A DNA stretch of 63,801 bases, the filler included. It is 6 parts of 6 records of this genome, joined end to end, with 100 filler letters (N's around TTAATTAATTAA, not from the genome) between each part and the next. Parts side by side here need not be neighbours in the genome. Positions count along the whole stretch, not along the records: positions 12,942 to 35,918 come from DRR723986_19986; positions 36,019 to 45,937 come from DRR723986_20000; 4 more parts are not named here. One strand, given 5' to 3'. Made by a program: the position numbers and the translations under genes. Each line of letters starts with the position of its first letter. Position 1 is the stretch's first letter. This document shows, piece after piece, positions 28,460 to 38,233 of the stretch. The notes beneath the pieces were generated by a model that was not told the DNA's origin, did no database searches, and saw nothing but the letters and a program-made list of their open reading frames with translations.

Positions 28460-29779
28460 TTAAATTTTTCTTCGAAATCTACCTTTACTTAGTTTAAAGG
28501 ATTTGTCATAAACTTTCAATTCTTCTCCCTCCTTGAGTTGAGTAAATAAATCTTCAATACTCGTTTCAACGGTTGTAATTCTTCCTTGATTTGTTTTGGC
28601 CAAATCGAGATACCCTGGATTCACACCAAAATAGCTGCCGCACATGATAAAATTAATAGGCTGCTCAATTTGATGCACCAAGGCCGTATCCCTTGGGAGA
28701 GCCCAGTTATCTGCAATCATGATGACGTGATCGTAATCCTTTTTACGATTGATGCCTGTTAACACTGCTTCAAAATTATTTTCTGGACCATCTCCGCCAT
28801 ACCCACCTTTCATACAACGCTTCATTTCTCTGTAAACAGCCAAAATATCATTACTTCTTGTTGGGTAAATTCCACCAGTACTTCCTATTTGCTTTTCCTC
28901 GGTCTTTTTGGCATCACCATCATTGAAAAAAATATGATGCATTTTTTTGCCTTGACTCATTTTCAAGGCATGCCACACCATCAATTGAGAATAGTAAGGA
29001 TACATGCTGCCCGTCAAATCCGTAACGATCAAAGTATTGTCGGTGATTCTACTCCTTTGGAGCATATCAAATAAACTGTGATCTGTTAAGGCCGTGAATG
29101 CTGCAAAAATGCCAGTAGAGACCTTAGTTAAAATATAGTAGGCACCATAGTATTTTCTGTCTGTTCCTATTGAATCGTACCCCCACTCAATCACATGATT
29201 GTTTTTAACCAATTTCCGGTCAAGATCCTTTTTCGTTTTCACGCTTATCTCTCCTAAATAAGTTGAATCTATAATTTTAGATTTTTGAATATATGCTGTT
29301 TTTGTATTCTCAGCTACCTTTGTTTGGCAAATCTTACTCACCAAATCGTCAATTGAATTGACAGCAGTTGCGTGAGATTTCTCTGCTGAAACACCATAAT
29401 AAATAACGTAGCCATGGAATAGCTTTTTAGCTTCTTCTTCAGTTTTAGCACCTGTTTGATAAATACTGTTGATCTCAAAATCTGAATCAGCTGGAATATC
29501 AACAAATTCATTGAGCGCTACCCAACGCTTCTTATTCAAGTACTTTTGATATGCCGTTAATTTTGTAGTGGATGAAGTAGCGATATAATCAATCTTATAT
29601 ACCTGCCCTAAAGTAACACGCTGCGGTCCAATCGTAATGCTATCTGTATCAAAAAACATGGGAACTCGAATGGCCTTGAAATGCCCTTTATGTGGTCTGT
29701 AAAAATCAACGAACGTAATTGATGAAAATGCTATGCTGCTATAAATAAAAACTGAAAGTGTGAAGAGTATGGTTTTCAT
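28460..29779 (-). CDS. Secreted hypothetical protein with a C-terminal vWA/MIDAS-like domain
   Basis: Signal peptide MKTILF...; IVTDLTGSM, FFNDGD, GGDGPENNFEA, VIMIADN. Confidence 0.7.
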   Translation of the reverse strand: MKTILFTLSVFIYSSIAFSSITFVDFYRPHKGHFKAIRVPMFFDTDSITIGPQRVTLGQVYKIDYIATSSTTKLTAYQKYLNKKRWVALNEFVDIPADSDFEINSIYQTGAKTEEEAKKLFHGYVIYYGVSAEKSHATAVNSIDDLVSKICQTKVAENTKTAYIQKSKIIDSTYLGEISVKTKKDLDRKLVKNNHVIEWGYDSIGTDRKYYGAYYILTKVSTGIFAAFTALTDHSLFDMLQRSRITDNTLIVTDLTGSMYPYYSQLMVWHALKMSQGKKMHHIFFNDGDAKKTEEKQIGSTGGIYPTRSNDILAVYREMKRCMKGGYGGDGPENNFEAVLTGINRKKDYDHVIMIADNWALPRDTALVHQIEQPINFIMCGSYFGVNPGYLDLAKTNQGRITTVETSIEDLFTQLKEGEELKVYDKSFKLSKGRFRRKI

Positions 29780-30019
29780 AATAAAATGTGTTTGCGTTTT
29801 TTTATGAAATGTGAGCCACTTAAAAAAGTAACATGCAATCGTCAAACAATAAGTGTGTTATTTAATTTTTAACATCAAGAAAATTCTAATTGGGGTCCAC
29901 CTATTTCATGAGTTAGATTTAAAATAACTAAATCTAATTTTTCATTCAACCGTAAAATCATTCAGTCTGTCTAAAAAACTTGTCAAGGCTAGTAAATAAG
30001 ACCTAAATTGAAGTAATCT

Positions 30020-32380
30020 ATGAAATATGCTATTCTGAAAATCGTTCTACTCTGTTTTGTTGGTTTGTTTTTAATTACTAACAAGATACATGCTCAGCAA
30101 AGCAAATTGGAACAAAAAGCCAATCAGTTCTTAAATAAAGAACAATTTGATGAGATCATTGAATATCTTGACAATGTTGATGAAGAGATCAAAAACAATG
30201 ACGTTCTCTATAATTACTTTATGGGTATGGCCCATTTCTACACCCCTAAACTGAAAAAAGATGCTCTTCCATATTTAGAAAAGTATTGTTCTTCTGTAAG
30301 TCCAGATCATATTGAGCAATACGGACATCATCATGTCCATTATTTATTAGGCCAAATGTATCACCTCAAATATCAATTTGACAAGGCAGTTATAGAGTAT
30401 CAAACTTTTATTCAATTAGTTGAAGAAAGCAGAATGATTCCTGAAGAAGGAAAAACTGAAATAACAGATCAAGCAAGACTAAACATTGAGCAATGTAAAT
30501 TTGGGAAAATTGTAATTGCCAATCCAAGAAATGTAGTTATCGAGAGTTTGGGAGATTCAATCAATTCTGAATTCTCAGAATATGCAGCCGTTGTCTCTCA
30601 AGACGAAAAGAAACTCATTTTTACAAGTAGAAGACCAGATACAAAAGGTGGTAAAAAGGCCAAAGATGGAGATTACTATGAAGATATCTATTCAGCAGAA
30701 TTAGTGAAAGGATCTTTATTTGAAAGTAAAGTGAAAATCTCTGATTCTACAAGAGGCAAGTATTTCAACTTAGTTACTGACTTCGAATATCAAAACTTCA
30801 GACAACTAGGAAAAGAGGTGAATAGCTCTGATCATGACGGCAGTATCCAACTGGATAAGGACGATAAAACCTTGTACTACTATCATAAATCAGATATCTG
30901 GAAAATAGATATTTACTCCGAAGAAAAAGACAATGCCGAAGCTAAAAAACTGGGCTTACATGTAAACTCTGACCAGCACGAGCCCTCCATTTTCTTTAGC
31001 TATGACGGTAAAAAATTATTCATTGTCTCAGATCGACCAGGAGGATACGGTGGATTAGATATTTACATCAGTGAGCGTTTAAATGAAGACAATTGGTCAG
31101 AACCCAAAAATTTAGGTCCAAATATTAACACGGCAGAAGATGAAGATGCTCCTTATCTAGATCCAGACGAAAAAACTTTCTATTTCTCCTCCAAAGGCCA
31201 TTCAAGTATGGGGGGATATGACATTTTCAGATCACTGGGTGCTGACACGATTTGGTCACCACCAGTAAACATAGGATTTCCAGTTAACACCCCAGCTGAT
31301 GACATTTATTTTACCATGACTGAACGATATAACCGTGGCTACTATGCCTCAAGCGACTTAAATGGTAGAGGAGCTATGGATTTATACCGAATTACATTTG
31401 CAGATGAAAGGGACCCAGTAGCTGAATTATTAGGACTTGTGAAAAAAGGGAATGAATATGTGCCAGCCCAATCTAAAATCACACTTAAAACTTTAGAAGG
31501 TGATGAAGTAATATCTGATCAAACCGATACCTTAAATGGTGATTATTTTTTGCTTCTCGGACATGGTAAAAAATACAAAATGGTAGTCGAAACTGAAGAA
31601 TTTGTTCCATATGAGCATCTCTTTGAAGTACCAGAACAAAAAGAATATTTTCAATTGTATCAAGAAATTCATCACATCCACTTATTGAATGAGGATGGAA
31701 AAATAATTGGTCAGCAAATAACTGTTTATACTGCGAATGGTACTGATACCAAAACAGAGATTTATGACGAAGAAACTACGATTGCTATCAACGGAATAAA
31801 GGATGAAAACGACATAAACGGTAACATTGATGCCACAAAGGAAATAAAGTTTTATATGACAAAAGACTCATTGAAAAAATTAATGATCGCCGACACCACT
31901 TTAGATTTTGATGTCTACGAAAACGTTGATGTTTACTTCTTGAAAGAAGAAGTAGCTGATATTTTTAAATATGGAATTTTTGAACTTTACGACGGATCAT
32001 TGAATAGAAAAGACTTTTTAGACGAAGACAATTTGGCCATTAAATCTGACAACACTCCCGAGGGAACCACGGCGGCTGAAGAAATTGAAGAATTGTTCTT
32101 TACGGTTCAAATTGGCGTGTACTCAAGAGATGTTCCACATTCAGTAATGTTTAATTTAAAACCGATTGTAACTAAAAAAACAAGTAATGATTTATACCGG
32201 TATTCAACAGGTGCATTCGGATCAATAGAAGAGGCCGAAATTAGAAGACAAGCCATTATCAAAAAAGGCATCAATGATGCTTTTGTAACTGCCTACTATA
32301 AAGGAGAAAGAATTTCTATTGCAAAAGCAAAAGAATTAATTGCATCTGGAGCAAAAGTTACTGGAGGATGGACAGAATAG
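30020..32380 (+). CDS. TPR + PD40-repeat exported protein with a C-terminal SPOR-like domain
   Basis: Signal peptide, TPR helices, PD40 repeats; ends FTVQIG...YRYSTGAF.S.EEA...G..DAFVTAY. Confidence 0.8.
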   Translation: MKYAILKIVLLCFVGLFLITNKIHAQQSKLEQKANQFLNKEQFDEIIEYLDNVDEEIKNNDVLYNYFMGMAHFYTPKLKKDALPYLEKYCSSVSPDHIEQYGHHHVHYLLGQMYHLKYQFDKAVIEYQTFIQLVEESRMIPEEGKTEITDQARLNIEQCKFGKIVIANPRNVVIESLGDSINSEFSEYAAVVSQDEKKLIFTSRRPDTKGGKKAKDGDYYEDIYSAELVKGSLFESKVKISDSTRGKYFNLVTDFEYQNFRQLGKEVNSSDHDGSIQLDKDDKTLYYYHKSDIWKIDIYSEEKDNAEAKKLGLHVNSDQHEPSIFFSYDGKKLFIVSDRPGGYGGLDIYISERLNEDNWSEPKNLGPNINTAEDEDAPYLDPDEKTFYFSSKGHSSMGGYDIFRSLGADTIWSPPVNIGFPVNTPADDIYFTMTERYNRGYYASSDLNGRGAMDLYRITFADERDPVAELLGLVKKGNEYVPAQSKITLKTLEGDEVISDQTDTLNGDYFLLLGHGKKYKMVVETEEFVPYEHLFEVPEQKEYFQLYQEIHHIHLLNEDGKIIGQQITVYTANGTDTKTEIYDEETTIAINGIKDENDINGNIDATKEIKFYMTKDSLKKLMIADTTLDFDVYENVDVYFLKEEVADIFKYGIFELYDGSLNRKDFLDEDNLAIKSDNTPEGTTAAEEIEELFFTVQIGVYSRDVPHSVMFNLKPIVTKKTSNDLYRYSTGAFGSIEEAEIRRQAIIKKGINDAFVTAYYKGERISIAKAKELIASGAKVTGGWTE

Positions 32381-32384
32381 CAGC

Positions 32385-32852
32385 CTAAATCCCCTTCTTT
32401 TCGAATCGATCTAACATTGCATTAGTTTGTGCCTGAAGTGATTTTTTAAAAAACCCAGTTCCTCCAAGCAATGCACCTTTAAATCCTAAAGCTTGTTTCG
32501 CCCAAGCTCTTAAATTGAACTCATCTTGATGATGGATGATTTTACCGTCTTTAAACTTCATTTTCGCTTGAATAACATTATGAACTTTTCTACCCGTTTT
32601 TGAGAAAGTGTAAAATGCTTCCCAAGTTGCATTCCCGTTAGATTCATTATCCATCACCTGTGAAAAAATCACTTTAAAATCGGCATCTTTTTGACTTTCT
32701 AGTAACATGCGCCACATGTTTTTTGCGCGTTCACTTTTTAATGTTCCAAACGCTGGATCTACAAAAACAATGTCATCCGAATAACAAGATAACATACCAT
32801 CAATGTCAAGGTTAGAAAAAGCGGTGTAAAATTTTACGATTGGAGAATCCAA
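32385..32852 (-). CDS. SnoaL/NTF2-like fold protein
   Basis: FYTAF...D..GM..CY..DIVF.DPAFG...MW; FKDGKI..H.D.F; start codon uncertain (TTG). Confidence 0.8.
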   Translation of the reverse strand: MDSPIVKFYTAFSNLDIDGMLSCYSDDIVFVDPAFGTLKSERAKNMWRMLLESQKDADFKVIFSQVMDNESNGNATWEAFYTFSKTGRKVHNVIQAKMKFKDGKIIHHQDEFNLRAWAKQALGFKGALLGGTGFFKKSLQAQTNAMLDRFEKKGI

Positions 32853-32855
32853 GAC

Positions 32856-33809
32856 TTAGGGTTTAACTCTAATGATTTGCCCAATTTGAAGAATTGAATT
32901 TTCGTTCAATCCATTCATTTTATAAATCTGACCAAGACTTACGCCATACTTGAGTGAAATCCCATACAAAGAATCACCGCTTCGTACTTTATGAGTTCTT
33001 GAAGATTTGTCAATTTTATATGAAGAACCTCCAGTATTATGTCCTGAAGATGAATGATGCTTTGAAGAACCTGGTCTAAAAATTCCAGAATGCACCAATA
33101 GATTGTCATCTACATATTTTTCTTCAAAATTAAACAAATGCTCTGGATTAATCGGATTGTCATAAAAACGCACTTCAAAATGTAAGTGCGATCCTGTTGA
33201 TCTTCCAGTATTACCTCCTAAAGAAATGGGTTGTCCAGCCTTGACTTCTTGATTAGGTGCAACTAATATTTTAGAATTATGAGCATAATAAGTTTCTAAA
33301 CCATTGTAATGTCTTATAATAACTAAATTTCCAAATCCTCCATCATGCATTTGTGCATATCTCACTTTACCATCAAAAGCAGATTTTACAGTATCCCCTG
33401 TTTCTAAGTCAATATCTATTCCGTTGTGATTTCTTCCGTGTCGCCATCCAAATCTTGAGGTAATTCTACCGTCAAAAGGAATCGAAAATTTTTCATGATC
33501 TTCGTCTACAGTGCATAACCACAATGTATCGGCCATGTCTTCAACCGCATTTGATGTACATGTAATCGTTCTGTCTGTTTGCCAATATGATTTATATAAA
33601 AAATTGGTATCCGTTTTTACAAGTATGTCAATGTCAGGACAAAGTACACCATCAAAACCACGATCTTTCTCGTACTCCCAAGTTCTGTTTGCATAGATAA
33701 ACATCTTTCCCTCCGCGGTCTCTACAGTATCAATAGGGTCACCAATTGGTTGAGCAAAACTTGTTGCTCCCAATACTATAAAACTCAATAATCCTAAAAA
33801 CTTTTTCAT
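32856..33809 (-). CDS. M23 metallopeptidase with a C-terminal LysM domain
   Basis: HNGID, YAH, GNTGRSTGSHLHFE; HKVRSGDSLYGIS; TATTTTTG promoter element at 33833-33840 on the minus strand. Confidence 0.9.
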   Translation of the reverse strand: MKKFLGLLSFIVLGATSFAQPIGDPIDTVETAEGKMFIYANRTWEYEKDRGFDGVLCPDIDILVKTDTNFLYKSYWQTDRTITCTSNAVEDMADTLWLCTVDEDHEKFSIPFDGRITSRFGWRHGRNHNGIDIDLETGDTVKSAFDGKVRYAQMHDGGFGNLVIIRHYNGLETYYAHNSKILVAPNQEVKAGQPISLGGNTGRSTGSHLHFEVRFYDNPINPEHLFNFEEKYVDDNLLVHSGIFRPGSSKHHSSSGHNTGGSSYKIDKSSRTHKVRSGDSLYGISLKYGVSLGQIYKMNGLNENSILQIGQIIRVKP

Positions 33810-34063
33810 GGTTAGTTTTCTCAGTTCGTTTGCAAAAATACGACATTTATAACAAAGTGTATTCAAAACGGTTTAATCTTGCCAACACTTAACAGTTATT
33901 AACGATTATTGAGAAGTCGTAATTTCACTCAACAATCTCTTCATAAACAAATGCTTACCTAATTTTCTACTGATTCATCTTTAAAAAGTTGCAACTTATC
34001 GTAACTATATACCTGAATGTCAGTAAAAATTAGAAATAACAAGGTTTATTAATGCAGAGTACC

Positions 34064-34071
34064 TACCTTTG
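34064..34071 (+). promoter_or_regulatory. Bacteroidota -7 promoter element for the DEAD-box helicase
   Basis: TACCTTTG followed by CAC; exact TAnnTTTG match. Confidence 0.65.
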
Positions 34072-34182
34072 CACAAAATTTTTAAGTCGAGTTTTAATTC
34101 TGTCGTAATTAGTTGGGTGTTCCGCAAACGATCGGAACAAAAGAATTGAGATTGGACTAGGGGAACAACTAATAATTAATTT

Positions 34183-35918
34183 ATGACATTTCAAGAACTT
34201 GGTTTGTCCGAAAATATACTTTCGGCCATATCAGAAATTGGGTTTGAAAAACCTACGCCTATACAAGAACAGGCAATTCCACATTTATTAAACGATCCGA
34301 GCGATTTAATTGGGCTAGCATCAACAGGAACTGGTAAAACGGCTTCATTTGGTTTGCCTTTAATCAATTACATAGATGCGGGATCAAAAAATACGCAAGG
34401 ACTTATCATTTGTCCAACACGTGAATTGTGTATTCAAATTGCTAAAGATTTGGATGCCTTTTCTAAAAACATCAAAGGCTTAAACATTGTGTCGGTTTAT
34501 GGTGGTACTGACATCATGAAACAAATCAGACAAATTGAAAAGGGCGCTCATATTATTGTAGCAACCCCTGGAAGGTTAGTTGATTTGATCAATCGAAAAA
34601 AAATCAAATTAAACGAAGTTGATACGGTAATCTTAGATGAGGCAGACGAAATGTTGAATATGGGCTTCAAAGAAGACATTGACAACATTCTGGAAAAAAC
34701 TCCGGAAGATAAATGCGTTTGGCTATTCTCAGCAACCATGCCTAAAGAAGTTGCGAGAATTGCTCAAACCTACATGACTGATCCGTTCGAGATTACTGTT
34801 GGTGGTAAAAATGAGACCAATAAAAATATTGAGCATCATTCATATGTCGTAAAAGACAGAGACAGATATCCTGCTTTAAAAAGGTTATTAGATTTCAACC
34901 CTGATATTTATGGTTTGGTGTTCTGTAGAACAAGAAGAGAAACTGCTGCCGTTGCAGACAAATTAATGGCAGACGGTTACAGTGCTGAACCTTTACACGG
35001 TGATTTATCTCAACAACAACGAGATCGTGTGATGGGTAAATTCAGAGATAAGACGCTTCAAGTATTAGTAGCAACAGATGTGGCTGCAAGAGGAATTGAT
35101 GTAGACGATATTACACATGTCATTCATTACAACCTTCCCGAAGAAGTAGAAAATTATACTCACCGATCAGGTAGAACGGCAAGAGCAGGTAAAAAAGGTA
35201 TTTCGGTTGCAATTGCCGGATCACGAGAAGGAAGAAAACTGAGCAGTATTGAAAGAATCATTAAAACTTCTTTTCAACCTCAAAAATTACCTTCAGCTGA
35301 TCAAATTTGTGAAAAGCAGTTAATGCACTTAGTGGATAAAATGTCCGCGGTTGAAGTAAACAAAGAAGGAATCTCCAAATACATGCCTATGGTAATGGAG
35401 AAATTCGAGAATGTCTCTAAAGAAGAGTTTATAGAGCGATTCGTATCAGCTGAATTCAACAAATTCATCAGCTATTACTCAAAATCAAGAAATATTGATG
35501 CCGAAGTTTCTTCGGGAAGAGATGGAGGACGAGACGGAAGAAAACGAAGAGATAGAGATGACGACAATAAAAACAGATTCTTTGTTAATCTTGGTGATAA
35601 GGACGGATTAAATTCCGGAGCCTTATTAAGAATGATTTGTGACAATACCGATATTAATAAAGGTTCAATTGGTAAAATCGATATCCTCAAAAACTTTTCA
35701 TTTTTTGATGCTGATATTGAAAGTACCGACATCATTTTAAAAAGACTACAAAACGTTGATTTTGAAGGTAAAAAAATGAATGTTGAACAAACGAAAAAAG
35801 GAAACTCAGGCGGAGGAAAAGGAGGCGGAAATAGAAGCAAGAGAAGATCTGGAGGCGGAAACTTTGGTGGAGGAAATTCTGGTAAAGGAAAATTTGCATC
35901 TCGAGAGAGAAGAAGAAG
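34183..35918 (+). CDS. DEAD-box RNA helicase (DeaD/CsdA-like, DbpA-type RNA-binding domain), 3'-truncated
   Basis: TGTGKT, PTREL, TPGR, DEAD, SAT, ARGID, HRSGRTAR; Gly/Arg-rich tail. Confidence 0.93.
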
Positions 35919-36018
35919 NNNNNNNNNNNNNNNNNNNNNNNNNNNNNNNNNNNNNNNNNNNNTTAATTAATTAANNNNNNNNNNNNNNNNNNNNNNNNNN
36001 NNNNNNNNNNNNNNNNNN
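35919..36018. other. Artificial contig spacer
   Basis: 44 N + TTAATTAATTAA + 44 N. Confidence 0.98.
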
Positions 36019-36164
36019 CCCATGTGCAGGCTGCCGGTCACGTTGGGAGGCGGGATCATGATGCTGTAGGGCGCGCCCTTGCCCTGGGGCGCAAAATAGC
36101 CGCGGGATTCCCACTCCTCGTACCAGCGGGTTTCGATGGAGGCGGGTTGGAAGGTCTTGTCCAT
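36019..36164 (-). CDS. valS: Valine-tRNA ligase, N-terminal fragment
   Basis: [28 protein letters not shown]; pepA-holC-valS synteny. Confidence 0.9.
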
Positions 36165-36221
36165 GGCTGGGGATGTCCGAAAAGCGGGCGGCTGCGTGTT
36201 AAAAGGGCGCGATTATACGCC

Positions 36222-36641
36222 TCAGAGGTCGTGCTTTTCCAATTGGTAGCCGCGTTCGCGATAAAAGCGCCAGGAGGTACGCAGCGCCGCAAGGCTCTGT
36301 TCATCCTGGGTCACAACCTCGGCCACCCTGTGGAAGCGGCCAAAAAATGCCGGCACGCTGAGCTGGAGATTGATCAGCAGGTCGTCGTGATTGACCGGCT
36401 CCTGGCCCCAGCCGATAGCGATGCGTTCAGCGCCTTCCTCGCCAACCAGGGCGTGGGGCAGGAAACTGGCGGGACGGAAATCCCACAGCAGCCGGTCCAG
36501 GCTGGCGGCTTCTGCTTCGTCCGACGCATTGATATAAATGCGATGACCCTGCTGGAATGCCTTGTCGGTCAGGCGCGCGGCTACCCGCAGGCGGTCGCCT
36601 GCGCCCGCGGCCTGAACGACGTAGAATCCGACCCGGGTCAC
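36222..36641 (-). CDS. holC: DNA polymerase III subunit chi
   Basis: LDRLLW.F...SFLPH, LLINL, RVAEVV, R..WRFYRERGY; synteny. Confidence 0.92.
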   Translation of the reverse strand: MTRVGFYVVQAAGAGDRLRVAARLTDKAFQQGHRIYINASDEAEAASLDRLLWDFRPASFLPHALVGEEGAERIAIGWGQEPVNHDDLLINLQLSVPAFFGRFHRVAEVVTQDEQSLAALRTSWRFYRERGYQLEKHDL

Positions 36642-38135
36642 CTAGCTTGCCGCGCGATCCTGCAGGTAGCGGGTCAGCAGGGCGACCGGCCTGCCAGTGG
36701 CACCCTTCGGTGCACTGTCCCAGGCGGAACCGGCGATATCCAGGTGGGCCCAGGGGTATTTTTCCGCAAAGCGCGACAGGAAGCAGGCTGCAGTGATGCT
36801 GCCACCGCCGGGGCCACCGATATTGGCGACGTCGGCGAAGTTGGTGTCCAGCTGCTTCTGGTAGTCGTCCCACAGAGGCATGCGCCAGGCCCGGTCATGG
36901 CTCTCGATGCCGGCTGCCAGCAGTTGTTCGGCGAGATCATCCTTGTTGGCATAGAGGCCAGAGGCATGACTGCCCAGGGCGACCACGCAGGCTCCGGTCA
37001 GGGTTGCGATATCCACGACCGCGGCGGGTTTGTAGCGCTCGGCATAGGTCAGCGCATCGCACAGAACCAGGCGACCTTCCGCGTCGGTATTGAGGATCTC
37101 GATGGTTTTTCCAGACATGGATGTCACCACGTCGCCGGGTTTGGTTGCGCGCCCGCTGGGCATGTTCTCCGCGGCGGCCACGATGCACACAACGTTCAAG
37201 GGCAGCTCCAGTTCACAGACAGCCTGGATAGTGCCGAAGACGCTGGCTGCGCCGCCCATGTCGAACTTCATCTCGTCCATCTTCGCACCGGGCTTGAGGG
37301 AGATGCCGCCGGAGTCGAAGGTGATGCCCTTGCCAACGAGCACGTAGGGCTTGTCCTTGGGCTTGCCGCCGCGGTATTCCATGACGATCAGGCGGGCGGG
37401 CTGGTCGCTGCCCGCAGAGACCGACAGCAATGAGCCCATGCCGAGCTCGGCCATTTTCTTCTCGTCCAGAACCCGGGTTGTGAGCTGCTTGTGCTTGCGG
37501 CCGAGTTTGCGTGCCTCGCGTGCAAGGTAGTCCGGCGTACACACATTACCGGGCAGGTTGGCCAGATTGCGCGCCGTATTCACGCCTTCGCCAACCCGGT
37601 GACCGTCCGCCAGCAGGTGGCGTGCCTCCGCGGGCGTCAGGACCTTGCCGGGGTCGATAACGACCTTGGCCAGTTTGCTGGCGTCTTTCGGTTTGCTGAT
37701 GGTCTCCGTATAGCGGTAACGCACGGTGGTCAGTTCCCGGGCGAGGGCACCCAGTAACCAGCGCAGGTCGCCGGTCTTGGCCGGCAGGTCGGCCAGGTGC
37801 AGGGTCGCGTCGCTTGCCTGCAGGCCGGTGACCGCTTTGGCGAGGTTGCGGCTCAGCTCCAGTTGGCCAGCCCGGTCAAACGCGTCCCGGTCTCCGGCGC
37901 CGACCAGCAGCAGGCGCTGGATGCTGCCCGGCCCGGGAAGGACCTGGCTCTGGCCGCGCTTGCCGGCGAAGTCGCCCAGCTCGATGATTTTGCTGATAGC
38001 GCCGCCGGAGGCCTTCTCCAGCTGGCGGGCGGCGCCCGTCAGGCGGGCCTTCTCGAAAACGGGAACGACGGCGCACTGGGTACGGATGGCGTCGGCGTCA
38101 ACAATCCTGCGGGTTGCGAAGCTGAGCTTGCTCAT
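36642..38135 (-). CDS. pepA: Leucyl aminopeptidase
   Basis: VGKGITFDSGG, MKFDMGGAA, NTDAEGRL, DIATLTGA, WAHLDIAG. Confidence 0.95.
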   Translation of the reverse strand: MSKLSFATRRIVDADAIRTQCAVVPVFEKARLTGAARQLEKASGGAISKIIELGDFAGKRGQSQVLPGPGSIQRLLLVGAGDRDAFDRAGQLELSRNLAKAVTGLQASDATLHLADLPAKTGDLRWLLGALARELTTVRYRYTETISKPKDASKLAKVVIDPGKVLTPAEARHLLADGHRVGEGVNTARNLANLPGNVCTPDYLAREARKLGRKHKQLTTRVLDEKKMAELGMGSLLSVSAGSDQPARLIVMEYRGGKPKDKPYVLVGKGITFDSGGISLKPGAKMDEMKFDMGGAASVFGTIQAVCELELPLNVVCIVAAAENMPSGRATKPGDVVTSMSGKTIEILNTDAEGRLVLCDALTYAERYKPAAVVDIATLTGACVVALGSHASGLYANKDDLAEQLLAAGIESHDRAWRMPLWDDYQKQLDTNFADVANIGGPGGGSITAACFLSRFAEKYPWAHLDIAGSAWDSAPKGATGRPVALLTRYLQDRAAS

Positions 38136-38233
38136 GGGAAATCCTTGTCTGGTCTCAAGCGGCCTAGTGTATGATGTGGCGCGTCCGAACTAAACCATTG
38201 ACGGCCTTATTTTCAACCTGTGAAACCCGCCCA

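Noticed and set aside
35790..35918. GGAGGCGGAAA-type repeats at the end of contig 2
   Set aside because: They encode the ordinary Gly/Arg-rich tail of the DEAD-box helicase
36024..37433. Long antisense ORFs (also 1259-2260, 41073-42404, 48307-49644, 50185-51351, 54030-55034)
   Set aside because: Each lies opposite a well-supported gene in GC-rich DNA and has no recognisable motifs
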